From NCBI GenBank assembly GCA_001938485.1, contig MQRK01213901.1, forward strand, positions 1 through 52,495: a stretch of 52,495 bases of DNA, written 5' to 3'. The notes below the pieces were generated by a model. That model saw only the letters and a list, made by a program, of their open reading frames with translations. It was not told the DNA's origin and made no database searches. Position numbers and translations under genes: made by a program. Below are positions 1-11,802 of this stretch, in pieces; position 1 is the first letter of the stretch, and each line of letters begins with the position of its first letter. This DNA is from Girardia tigrina (Eukaryota).

Positions 1-293
1 AGTGAAACGGTTTCGATAAGTATGTCGACAACAGAATCACAAACTACACCATCAACAGTTTCATCGACAATAACAACAGGATCCATTCCCAGTTCTCTAT
101 CTACGACATCATCTCTACTGAATCAACTTTTCTCAAAGACATTTTACATTACCATAGTTGTAAGTGGTCATGATTATTTCCTTATGTCAAATGAAAGTTC
201 TAAATCTATTTCTAAATTTGTTTTGGAAATAAGCAATAAAAGTCTTAGTGATGCTGGGTACATTGTTAATGACAGTGCTATCCTGACAATGAG
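1..293 (+). CDS. Mucin exon: Ser/Thr-rich segment plus N-terminal half of SEA-like domain
   Basis: Frame 1 is open from the window edge; donor ATGAG|GTATTT at 294; 46-nt intron follows. Confidence 0.75.
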
Positions 294-3200
294 GTATTTT
301 TATTATCTTTTCAGTTTTAATTCCTTTTTTGGAAATTAGGAGTGGTTCTGTACTGGTAGATATGTCGTATGGGCTCAGTTCGTATGACCAGAATTCTCTG
401 ACATATTCCAATGTGATATCGGCCCTCAATCATTCATTTTTAAAATCGAAAGATTTCAATATTTCAGACATATACCGTAATTAGTTACTTATGTTTCTTA
501 TTTTGTTTATTTAAGATATTTCTTTTACTTTAACTTTGTACTTCGAGAATCATAATCGTTGCAGAAGTGCCTCTTCGATATTCTTATATTTGTAAGCGTT
601 AAGGTTCAATATTTATCGAAAAATAGTAAGTCCCATGTGAATGCTGTGAACCTGTTTTTAGTTATCTGATGTTTATTTGTCTGGTGAATACTCTTTGAAC
701 ACATCTGTAAATGTATGTTTTATGATGTTATAATTATATTTTGACTCCTTTAGTGTAATATATGCGAAACGTACGTCATTCTTGACTTTAAGTATTGCCT
801 TTTTCAAACTTTGTCACTGATTTCGTGGAGTACCCGCATGGCTTGATTTAGGTAGCTAATACAGTTCCAGAAAAATTTCGTTATTTAACTCGGAACCTTT
901 ACAGAAAAGTAATAATTCTGGAAAATTAAAATTCGCGTATTGATACTTTGAACTCATTGGAAACAGAATTTTTGTTTATGAATTTACGTAAACTGAAACT
1001 ATCAGCACATCTGTAATACAAAGAGCATATTTCTAAAAGATATTGAAGATAGTAATCTTTTATTTTCATTTTTGTATATTTTTACAGATTATCGCGAACA
1101 TTAAGTTTAATTGATAACACACATAAACTGTTCATGTTTTAATTGATAAAAAATAGTCGCTTTCGACATCAACTTCAGGAACAAGTAGCCTTATCTTAGA
1201 AATTGAAAGTTCTTTGGTAGTGAATGTGTTTTCATCACTTGTTTCGGTGTCAGAATTGGTGCGGATCACGTATCGATTCACTTACTACTCATTAATTTGT
1301 TTTAATATATTTCCCGTTCTGTAAATAATTATCTTACATCGTAACGGTCAAATAACTAAGTCTATCTTCTCCAAATTCTTGTGACAAACCTTTAATACCG
1401 GAAGTTTCTGTGCATATATTTGGAATTATATTATCTATTGCAATCACCTCTGGTTATGTTTTCTTTCCAACAAGAGTTAAGGGTTGATGACTTGCTTTCA
1501 GCTAATGCTATATAAGAATTGTAATATTATTCAAAATTTCAAAAACATCTAATTCGTCATTTTTATCTAATTTGCCAAATATTTATTCATTAATTTGTCA
1601 GATATAATACGTTTTGAAAGTTACTTTTATATCCTGATCTAAAGGGAGTATCAAAGAATCGTTGGTAAATGTAGTGATTAGACTAAATTGAAAGCGAAAT
1701 TAAACCAAATAATAAAAATTTTTAAATCAAATGAAATTAAAATATTTTAAATTTTAATTTAACTTCAAATCAAAATTTAAATAACAAATAAAAATCAAAC
1801 AAAACCTTTTTTGAGTGTCTCCAACAAACAACTCGAAATGTTAAAGAAAAATATTTAAATAATAAAGCAATAAAGAGAATGAACATTTGTTTAAATAAAT
1901 CTATCCATATGAATAAAGAAGCATTTTCTAAAACCAGGAACTAAAAGAGGAGACTTTAGCATATGATACACTTTGAGTTCAGCTAATATAAGTTCAGGTG
2001 TTATCATCAATTAATTGCAATTTTATTTAAATTTTAAGATAAATATCCAATATGAGCCAGTCAGTAACATCGGAGAATGCAAATGTGTTAAAAGATGTAG
2101 CTCTGATAATCAAGGCTTTATGAAACCAATATAGTAATTTAACAATACAGTGAAACTTATAACCGCTATAATCGAAATATTCGTACATTTTGTCGAGAAA
2201 GCTTATCCAATATTTACTTAGGTGGGTTTTACTAGAATTGTTTGTTAGTGTTGGGTTCATGATCAATAATTGAAGTCATAAGAACGCAAACTTTTTATTT
2301 ATTTTCCACATAATTTTATTTCACATTAATTCCTAAAATCTTTTAATTGTACTTATTATTTTTTTTATTTTCGATTAATTTTAATATTGATTCGTAAAAT
2401 AGCTTTAAATATATTTTCTTTTTTATGTAATTAAATCTGAATTTTAAATACTGATAATTTCCTGAATTGTAAAAAATTATTATAAAATTTTTATACATTA
2501 TGTTTACATATTTTATAATTTAAAAAATTTTTCAGTTTGAAAATAAAATCCTCACATTTAGTTCAAGATTGTGAACACTGAATTACTCACACAATTTTTG
2601 AGGAACATTTATTTTGTTTTCTTTTCGACCAGATTAATTATACGTAAAAATAAATAATTATAATAATACAGATATGTTATTTATTAAAATAGTTATTTTT
2701 TACGAATTGAATTTATTATTTTTTTTAATTACAATCATTTTACAGAATTATATTTCAATAAATTTTAAAATCTACTAAATTTAACTTTCAAAAATTACTG
2801 TCCGGTGTAATTTATATTATTTTATATTATTTTGAAATTTATATTATTTTACTATAAATTAATAATTCACAGTATCTCAAATTTATTCCAATTTTAAAAT
2901 AGCATTATCGTGCCAATTTTAACAATCTATATTTGTAAAATGTTTTTAATTAATTTAAACATTGTCACGAACAACTAAAAATATGCTTAAAAATCTTTAT
3001 TTAAAATAAAACTGTCTTAAAATTTTCACCAATTTTGAATATTCAAACAAATTAATATATACACAATAATGATTTTTTTTCATAGAATTTTTTATTCAGT
3101 TATAAGCATATTTTTGAAGCATTGTTATTTGATATTTTTGATTATTTATTTAATTATAAATTTCTTTTAGTTTTGTTAATTATAACTCTTATTCCCCTTT

Positions 3201-6200
3201 TTTAAAAGACTTCAACCACCTAATGTTTCTTGTAATTCTTTAACCGTCTGAACCCTGTAGTATATAGCTTCTATCATGTCGCTTCTGTATGAATTTGAAA
3301 GGATCTTCGTATTGATTTGAATCTTTTGTAGTATTTCCTTCTATTTTACTTAAAACCTAGTCTTCCAATCGGAATTCTCTTTGGAAAGTTATATCATGTA
3401 CTTTTACTGTAATGTGCCATTATACGTACCAATTTGTTTCCGAATTAACCACACGAAACTTCATTTTGATGTATATGAGTGATAAAAACCAATTCTAATC
3501 AGTAAAATATAATAATACTGCAATATTCATTGAAAACTCTTCTTTTTAACTCAAAAAACTCATTTTTGTAACTCTTACGTAATAAATATTACTAAGTGTT
3601 TTCAAAATTTTTTCATGCTGAATTACCTTTGTTACGTATAAAACTTCAATAAAATTGACATATCTCCAAAAAATATTCGGTAGTCAACGATTTAAATATA
3701 AGAAAAGAAAAAAAGTAAAACAAAGAAATAAAACACCAATGTAAAATTTACCTTCTGTATCAATCCAAATTGCATTACAAAAAATAAAAAAAATATTATT
3801 GTATTACTCATTAAAACATATTCAGTTCAATAAAAATAAAATAAACAATCTTTTATTTTTTAGCAACAAATTACACAACATCGACCGAAATCACAAGAAC
3901 TAAAGAAATACCAACAGACTCAAAAACAACAGGTTCATCGACAATAACAACAGGATCCATTCCCAGTTCGCCGTCACAAGCATCTGAAATATCAGCAAAA
4001 TCTGACCAGACGATATTTACTTCATCCACACCAAGCTCCACGCCTGGCACAACACCCAAGTTAGATACTGATCTAACTCAATCATCACCGTTATCAACTT
4101 CAATGTTTACACAAATGAAATCAGAAACTACACCTTCACCTTCACTGGTTNCATCATCGANAGATACCGCTACCTCACCAACAACCACAACATCCACATC
4201 AGAGTCAATCGGATCACAAACTCCATTTACATCACAATCAACAAGCTCATCAGTCACATCTATCCCAACTGATATTTCATCATCAAAAATATCACTTACG
4301 TCACTAGAAACAGGNNNNNNNNNNNNNNNNNNNNNNNNNNNNNNNNNNNNNNNNNNNNNNNNNNGCCTGGCACAACACCCAAGTTAGATACTGATCTAAC
4401 TCAATCATCACCGTTATCAACTTCAATGTTTACACAAATGAAATCAGAAACTACACCTTCACCTTCACTGGTTCCATCATCGAGAGATACCGCTACCTCA
4501 CCAACAACCACAACATCCACATCAGCGTCAATCGGATCACAAACTCCATTTACATCACAATCTATCCCAACTGATATTTCATCATCAAAAATANNNNNNN
4601 NNNNNNNNNNNNNNNNNNNNNNNNNNNNNNNNNNNNNNNNNNNATATCAGCAAAATCTGACCAGACGATATTTACTTCATCCACACCAAGCTCCACGCCT
4701 GGCACAACACCCAAGTTAGATACTGATCTAACTCAATCATCACCGTTATCAACTTCAATGTTTACACAAATGAAATCAGAAACTACACCTTCACCTTCAC
4801 TGGTTNNNNNNNNNNNAGATACCGCTACCTCACCAACAACCACAACATCCACATCAGCGTCAATCGGATCACAAACTCCATTTACATCACAATCTATCCC
4901 AACTGATATTTCATCATCAAAAATATCACTTACGTCACTAGAAACAGGTTCAACATTATCAAGTTTATACAAATCAAGTGAAATCAGTACTGCAAGTCAT
5001 ACAACTTCATCCACTCTCTCGACGCAATATTCAACGTCCAATGATGTATCTCAAGCGAGGTCCAGTGTTCCTCAGGCAACTCAAAACTCTTCTTCATCCA
5101 AATCCTCTCTTTCCTCTAGTCTCCCTAATTCCACAATAAATCTCTCTTCTTTGTCCTCTGTTTCAATTTCTTCAAATTGTGAGTTTTTTATGAAGTTTTA
5201 AAATTAATTTTCACTTTGTCATTTTTTAATTTTACGATTTTTATTTTCGTTATTTTTGAGTATTTTGCAGAATTAGTCGTTGTGCTCGTTTGTTTCATTC
5301 ATTTTTGAAGTTGTACTTTTGACTTTTTACATCTTATTGTTTCTGTTAATTTTGTTTAAATCGGGTTTATAGTTCATTTCTGTGATTTTGGACTTGAATA
5401 ATTTCAAGGTGGTCATCCTTTTAATGTTTTTCTTTAAAATGGGTGTTAGTTTGAGGAACTCCTTTTACTATTTTTGTGGTTTTGACCGTAGGCATTCTTT
5501 TTGTTCCACAGAGGATTGGAAGTTTGTGATCTCTTCTAATGATCTTCCATATCGCGTATATTTTCGTGATACTTGCAGTGTATTATCCTTCAAATATTAT
5601 ATTTCGATATCCTTCAAATATTAATTGAATATTAACATACTAATTAGTTTTTCTATTGTTGTATGAAAGACAATTCTTTAAAGATTGTGGTCGGCAATAT
5701 TGCTTTTTTAGTCTGTGGATGCTTTTACGGAACGTTGGTCGCAAAAGACAGTCACTTTCACGGAACGTTGTTCACAAAAGACAGTCACTTTCACTTTGAT
5801 CAAGTTATATTTGATCATTGTTATTTGGAAATAAGCGTCTTGAAATAAATAATTTTTTTAGTTTATAAGGAATGAGATGTTAAGGAAGGGATCTTTGTTA
5901 TGAAGGTCATAAATGAGGTCCTCGTCCCTTCGTAAGTTATATCCGTAATTCTCATCGATAAATATTATAAAACAGTTCTTTATACTGTAATTACAGTTTA
6001 TTAGTTGCAACTTTCTAAAATTATTTTTATATTTATAAGTTTTCCTTGACGCCTCATCAAATTGTGTATTGTTTGAATCATTTTTAAGTTTTGTTTTTTT
6101 TTATTCGGTTATTATTTACAATGTTATTCTCTTCAGCGTCCGCTGCAGCTTATCCACATGTACAGACGGCCGGCATTTCATGGTGGACGTATTTTGTAGT

Positions 6201-6532
6201 CGTTGTCTCACTATTTATTATTCTGGTTACCATAATCACCATCTCCGTTGTGGTAAGCTTAGCTGCATTAAATTCTTTTGTATGTGTTTCTTTTAGCTCT
6301 ATCGAATCCGCTCACAGAGACTCGCAAACATCAATGTGAATATTGAAGAAGGAAATGATTTTAATCGGCGAATGTCGTTTTTACGAAAATTTACTAGTGA
6401 GGAAATTAATGGAGAGTCGGATTATTATATGGATTTCAACGAAGACTATTATAATCCTACGGTAACTTAATATTGGATATTTCTACTTTACCTAATCCTC
6501 TTCTCCAGAATAGCGACGGTATAGACGTGTAA
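1..6532 (+). CDS. Transmembrane mucin-like protein, 5'-partial, spliced: join(<1..293,340..476,3864..5178,6137..6252,6297..6461,6509..6532)
   Basis: All five introns are GT-AG with matching phases (2,1,1,0,0). Joined protein: Ser/Thr-rich segment, SEA-like module (..ILTMRSGSVLVDM..), Ser/Thr/Pro tandem repeats, hydrophobic WWTYFVVVVSLFIILVTIITISVV followed by basic LYRIR, and a ~63-aa tail ending NSDGIDV*. Frame shifts in the repeat exon occur only at N gaps. Confidence 0.8.
340..476 (+). CDS. Mucin exon: C-terminal half of SEA-like domain (RSGSVLVDMSYG...FNISDIY)
   Basis: Acceptor AATTAG|G at 339/340 and donor C|GTAATT at 477. GSVLV resembles the GSVVV motif of SEA domains. Confidence 0.75.
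3190..3480 (-). mobile_element. Decayed Gypsy integrase C-terminus with PPT-like tract
   Basis: Minus strand reads ..YEDPF..HDRSYILQGSDG*RITRNIRWLKSFKKG and ends in AAAAAAGGGGAA; similar to the tail at 7130-7330. Confidence 0.45.
3864..5178 (+). CDS. Mucin exon: PTS tandem-repeat domain
   Basis: Acceptor TTTTTTAG|CA at 3863/3864 and donor AATT|GTGAGT at 5179. Ser/Thr-rich reading frame, interrupted only by N gaps. Confidence 0.85.
3930..4950 (+). repeat. Coding VNTR, at least 3 near-identical units of ~360-381 bp (120-127 aa)
   Basis: GCCTGGCACAACACCCAAGTTAGATACTGATC recurs at ~4043, 4364 and 4697; unit 1 has an extra in-frame 21 bp; units are separated by N gaps. Confidence 0.9.
5725..5793. 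repeat. 33-bp tandem duplication (2 copies) in intron
   Basis: ACGGAACGTTG(G/T)TC(G/A)CAAAAGACAGTCACTTTC occurs twice in tandem. Confidence 0.85.
6137..6252 (+). CDS. Mucin exon: transmembrane helix
   Basis: Acceptor CTCTTCAG|CG, donor GTG|GTAAGC; ~22 hydrophobic residues. Confidence 0.8.
6297..6461 (+). CDS. Mucin exon: cytoplasmic tail (LYRIRSQR...RRMS...DYYMDFNEDYYNPT)
   Basis: Acceptor TTTTAG|CTC; 165-nt open frame; donor ACG|GTAACT. Confidence 0.75.
6509..6532 (+). CDS. Mucin terminal exon NSDGIDV*
   Basis: 47-nt intron with CTAAT branch-like site and CCTCTTCTCCAG acceptor; AATAAA downstream at 6717. Confidence 0.6.
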   Translation, partial: NSDGIDV

Positions 6533-7049
6533 ATAAATACGCATTGAAGCGTATGTTCGTCACTAATTCCGACGTGTCAGAGTATTTATTCGTCATTTAC
6601 GCTCAGAGATTTTATTTGATATTTCCTCATTCTATGAATTATCATGACATTAATAATAATTTTATTTATATATTTGCTTTTATTAGATTATGTAACGAAT
6701 TAACTGTATTAATAATAATAAAAATGGTTTAATACAATTTTTATTTTGTTTTTTCTTTTCTAATATCAAATATTATCTTCCAAATATCGATTTATAATCA
6801 CTTGTTTCGATTTCCAATTTTAATAATCCAAATACCGAAGACGAATGCAGAACATCGCCGATTTTTATACATTGAGTAAAGTTTCGAAAGCAACTTCGTG
6901 TTCTTCTTCCAACAGACCAAAAGTCAATTATGTAATTTTTAAATATCTACCAATTTTTATTTATTCAGGCAATTGTATAATTTATTTTACATACAAATTA
7001 ATTTATTTTCATTAAATCCAGTGAAATTTAAGTAAATAAATATTTCCGA

Positions 7050-8345
7050 AAGAAATTATTTATATTTTTGCAAATATTTTTGGGAGAGACAACATACATT
7101 ACGACATTAAAAACATCATATCAACAACAATCCTTCACATTATCCTCGATTTAATACGTTTCAGCCATTCAATATTTTGAATGAATATTCTTTCATCCTC
7201 AAGTTTCAACTCATAACATCTGTTATGTCGTATCTTGGATAGTTTTGCCGGTCTAAAGTATCGATCAGCTCCTTTTGATTGGTTTTCTTTCTTAATTACC
7301 AAATCCCAGATTTCAAATATCCTGTGAATTGTTATTTCAGCATTTAGTTCGGTTACTTTATACGATGTTTTAATTTTTTTTCTTTTATATTTTGTCTATT
7401 ATTCATGTCGAAGTTGATTGATTTTCACTAATGGCTTGCTTTCCGACCAAATATATAACTTCTGCTGTTGTTACACCTGTAGTAGATTGAGTGATAAAAT
7501 TCAACAAGGATTCTAATTCAGGTAATAACTCTACCCAATCTTTGTGACTTATGTCCTTCATTCTGATATTCATTAAATCACATGTCGTCCGAAACTGTCG
7601 TTTTGTCGTTCCATCAGTTTTATGGTGGTAACGATTGTAATATACGATATTGATTTAAAATTTATTAGCTATTTCTTTGATATTTTGTGATTCAAATACC
7701 TTGCCTCTATCTATATGTATTTTTGGGAGTTCCATACATCCATATCCATTTATTAGGTAGTATTTATGTAGTGCTTATATCGTCTTGGGGAGCTACTGAT
7801 GTTAAGCAAATGTATCTTTTGAAATGATCTATAATATCTATAATATATTCATTTTCGTTTTATTTCGTGATAAAGATCCTTAAATTTATATCTATGTATA
7901 TATCTTTTGAAATAGTTCTTCAGGTACTTGCTTTATTGTGACTTCGTTTGTTTTTGGTGTTTGGATTTCCTCATTTGACAGTTCATACAAATCAACCTTA
8001 GTTCTTTTTGCATTGTTCTTTATACATTCCATGTCAAAATCTTCTGTAAAATAATTATAAGTTTTTTCGTATCATGCGTGACACAAAATCTGATGAAATT
8101 CATCAAACAATTTTACTCTTTTGTCTTTTGGAATCGATAATTTGTTTTCTCTGGTCATCCCTGCAACGTTTATTATACTCCACTGCTTATATTGCTCGGT
8201 ATTTAAATTATTTCTGGTGATCTCTATTTCTGTATTGTTTTCTTGCCCTTTGCAACTTCCAATTTCTCTATTTAAAGCTAATACTTTAACTTTAATCTTT
8301 CCTTTCTTAATATGGTCATAAACAGTCTGAGATTGATTTGCACAA
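7050..8345 (-). mobile_element. Decayed Gypsy LTR-retrotransposon integrase region
   Basis: Minus-strand fragments: IPKDKRVKLFDEFHQILCH (zinc-binding H..H), PKIHIDRGKVFES, YHHKTDG..RQFRT, DWVELLPELE, NIEWLK. Many stops and frameshifts. Confidence 0.7.
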
Positions 8346-8601
8346 ATCAGACGGAAGTCTATACCAAAGGTTTGAAACCTGCGTCTCCGGATGTACAAAT
8401 TTACGAATCCACGTAAAGTTTTACAGCGGACGTAAAATAATATGCTGCACATAAAATATTTTTTTGTTCCACATAAAAAAATATTATTAATTTTCAATAT
8501 TATTTAGAAAAAAAATTTTGCTTAGTTCAATATATTTAAAAAATAATAGCATAATAAATATAGTATGTTCAAGAATTTTGTTAAAAACGGACCTGCTATA
8601 A

Positions 8602-9199
8602 CTAGAATAAGACCCATCATATATGACGGGTGAGCTTAATTTTCATCTATTAAAGTTTAAGTTTCAATTTTTAATTTGTAATTATTATAATCTACTAGTA
8701 AATAACCCGTCATGTATGACGGAGTTAAAATTTCAAATAAATTTTCAAGACATTTTTTTTTAAATTCATTTGTTTTCCACATTTAATCATTAGAAATAAG
8801 TGTCTTCACAAAATTTCTTTATAAACTATATTTTTGGTAAATACTCGTTCATTATTCAGTAAATTACCCTTTTGAGAAGTTGCCATTGTTGAAAATCCTA
8901 CAGAAAAATATAATGAATGAAAAATGTTGAATTCCTAAAGGCCAACCCAAAATTTGCTTAAAAAGTCAAAATTAAGAATGCTCATATTATCTACTTACAA
9001 TTGTAAGTAGATAATTATATTAATAATAATTCATATGGAAAATTATCATGAATAATTNNNNNAATAATAATTTTCCATATGAATTATTATTAATATAAAT
9101 ATCTACTTACAATTGTAAGTAGATAATATGAGCGTTCTTGACAGCGTTAGTGAGGCAGTGAGGCAGGCAGTGAGTGACTTGAGCTTTTATAAAATAAGA
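8602..9199 (-). mobile_element. Non-autonomous Helitron with two tandem 3' terminators
   Basis: 5' end A|TCTTATTTTATAAAAG at 9199. RepHel C-terminal remnant QKGNLLNNERVFTKNIVYKEIL* (~8805-8880). Two 3' ends, each a CCGTCATAYATGAYGGG hairpin plus a few nt plus CTAG|T, at 8695 and 8602. Confidence 0.85.
8974..9139. repeat. Inverted repeat (~80-bp arms), each arm carrying a nested palindrome
   Basis: The arms are reverse complements; ATTATCTACTTACAATTGTAAGTAGATAAT (8986-9015) is a perfect 30-bp palindrome; the centre contains 5 Ns. Confidence 0.8.
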
Positions 9200-9229
9200 T
9201 TATTTATTGTTTTGAATTCTTGGATGATT

Positions 9230-9805
9230 TAACAGTCGGTCAATTAAGTCGACTCCCAGCGCCTTTCGGCGACGGCGCAACACAGACAGAACCGTCTTGA
9301 TTATGGCTATGCAGATTATCCACGTCTTTACGTGGATTCACTAGGGTTTCTCTGCAATTTCACATTTTGATCATAGTGGGACCAACAAACAAACAAACTC
9401 ATTTTAGACAAAGAAAATTTAGAAATGTATACTAAATTGATTTTTAGCAATATAATTAGTAGATAAGTGATAGAAATTGTCATTTAACAAATAAATTAGT
9501 ATTTTATTAGTATTTTCATAAAAATTTTCATGAATTTCCTTGTAGGAATCATCCAAATCATCATTATTCGAAATCAGTGTTGATTTAACAATTGAACGAC
9601 CTGCACAGTTTTCAGTCGATTTCGTCGGCTTTTGCGGATCTTTTGGTGAAGGCACTGCACTGACAGAACCGACTTGATGCGGGCTATACAGATTGACTGC
9701 TTTCTTACGTCGATTAGCTCCAGTTCATCCACAGTTAAACATTTTAATCATAGCGTGACAGACAAGCAAACAGACAAACTTTTTAGGCAAATATATTTTA
9801 TATAA
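9230..9805 (-). mobile_element. Two diverged copies (~9230-9410 and ~9600-9805) of a short repeat resembling non-autonomous Helitron 5' ends
   Basis: Shared GACAGAACCG.CTTGAT..GGCTAT.CAGATT...ACATTTT.ATCATAG..ACAAAC core. On the minus strand: AGTTTGTYTGTTTG microsatellite near a TATATAAAA-type start. Confidence 0.5.
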
Positions 9806-9809
9806 AATG

Positions 9810-11429
9810 TTACCGATTGGTCATATTTCAAAGCATTAAAAAACTGAACATTGAATGGGATTTCTAACGGAAACACAATGCTTTTGCAGCCAAATATACA
9901 CTTGGAGATGAATGAACTCGGGTGATTATAAATTTGCAAGAAAATGCATCACAAATGAGTTCTGTTATGAAACATTTTATGAACTCAGCTAACAATACTA
10001 CTCAAGCTAGCTTTGCAGTTTCACACGAAATTTCTACAGGAGGAAAACCGTTTAAAAAGAATGATATAATAAATGATATAATATATTAAAGAATGTTTCT
10101 GAAGAACTACTGAAAATTAATTTACTGATTTTAATAACAAGGTCAAAATAATAAAAAAAATAAAGGACATTTTATTATCAACCAAAACTTTAAGAGGTCG
10201 GACAATTTATAAGGCAGTATACATCACAAAACAACAAATTGTTGATATTTCTAACTACCCAGCTGTGTCTATTGCTGTTAATGAATCTGGTGATGTAGAT
10301 GACGTAGTACAGGTTTCCCTTGTTTACTGATATATCAATTCCTTAGATCCTCAAGAAGAATTATTAGAACTTATTCCACTTAATAGCCAAATTAGATGAG
10401 AAGATATTGCAAAGGTAGTATCCCACTGCCTATTAAACAATGACATTAAGCTCGAAAATATTGTGTCTATTGCCACAGATGGAGCTCCGAGTATGGTTGG
10501 ATTTTTGAAAGGATTCATTCCGCTCTTATTTAATCATCGTAATATTAAATTACAAGAAACAGGAAACATAGCTATTTACCTTTTAAAATAATGTCTTTCT
10601 TTTGAAAACAACTTAGCTTTATTTGCAAAGGGTATAGAATCGGAGAGATTGCTTCATTTTCCGTTATTAAACGAGTTTAAAATGAAAGGTGGACAAATCA
10701 ATTGCAAATATTTTATCAACGGGTTAATGAAAATACAATCTCATTTTGACAAACGTTTTCAAGAATTTTGATTTCAAAAGTCAACTTTAAAATTTGTGAA
10801 AAATTCATTGGATTCAGATATTTCAATGTTAAATTTTACATCATTTCCAACCATAAATAGAGCTAAATTTGGGTTTTAATCCGAAGACTTAAAAAACAAG
10901 GATTTATGGAAATTAAAGCTTGAGAATTTTGTCACAGCATTTGAAGGCTTAGAAAGGACAAATAGCACACTTGCAGAAGACAAAAAATGGTCTAAAATGA
11001 AAAAAGCTGATCAATTAATTCGTGAAACATGGAATAGTTTACCTGCAAACTTCGCTTTTAGCATTTCAACTATATTTTGTTCAACATATTTGAACATGAA
11101 CTTTATTAAAAAAAACTTTAGAAATAAATTGAATGATGACAGCCTGCAATGTTGCATTATATTAAAAAGATCTGATTACAAATCGAAGTTAGACCAGCTT
11201 TCAAAAGATATTCAAACTCAAAAATCATATTAAATGTCATAAATAAAATGTTATTTCTCATAATAAAATTCGATTCTTTTCTTTGAAAGAAATTTATTTT
11301 TTTACACTACAAACTTTTTCTAGGAAAAAAATTTTTTTTTCATAATTATAAAACTAAGGCTCCAGAATTTAAATTTTTTAACAAATAGTAAAATTTGGCT
11401 CCGACCCGCAAAATGGTTGCCCACCGCTG
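9810..11429 (+). mobile_element. Decayed hAT transposon, Buster/SPIN (GTF2IRD2-like) group
   Basis: Remnants QASFAVSHEI..GKPF, SIAVNES.D, EELLELIPL, IVSIATDGAPSMVG, IFCSTYL..MNFIK..RNKL.D. Right TIR (rc CAGCGGTGGGCAACC) ends at 11429, followed by GGCTAGTC (nnnTAnnn). A possible decayed left TIR lies at 8365. Confidence 0.85.
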
Positions 11430-11771
11430 GGCTAGTCAATCAGAGCGAGTCATTCAATTTCATTTTTCCCTCTCTATTGGTCAAATACACACTCTCTATG
11501 GAATTCGGACTTATCGGCACACATACTGCATGCTGGAAGAACAAATTCATCGGCAAAAATAATATACGTGATAATAACTCGAGCAAAGATGTCTTTGTTC
11601 GGATTATGAACCGAATTAAGATTAAATATTTCTAAACTTAAATTATTCATTTTTCATTTATTCTTTTTTTCATTTTTTTCATTTAATTTTTCTGTACCTT
11701 TAATTAATTTAATTAATTATTTAACTTTCTCTTTTTTAATTATTTAATTTAACTATTTCTATTTTTTACAT

Positions 11772-11802
<31 letters not shown>

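Noticed and set aside
764-780. Penelope-type minimal hammerhead stem III (GAAACGTACGTC)
   Set aside because: No CTGANGA core at a suitable position.
3871-4972. Minus-strand Val/Asp-rich ORFs
   Set aside because: Antisense shadows of the mucin Ser/Thr codons.
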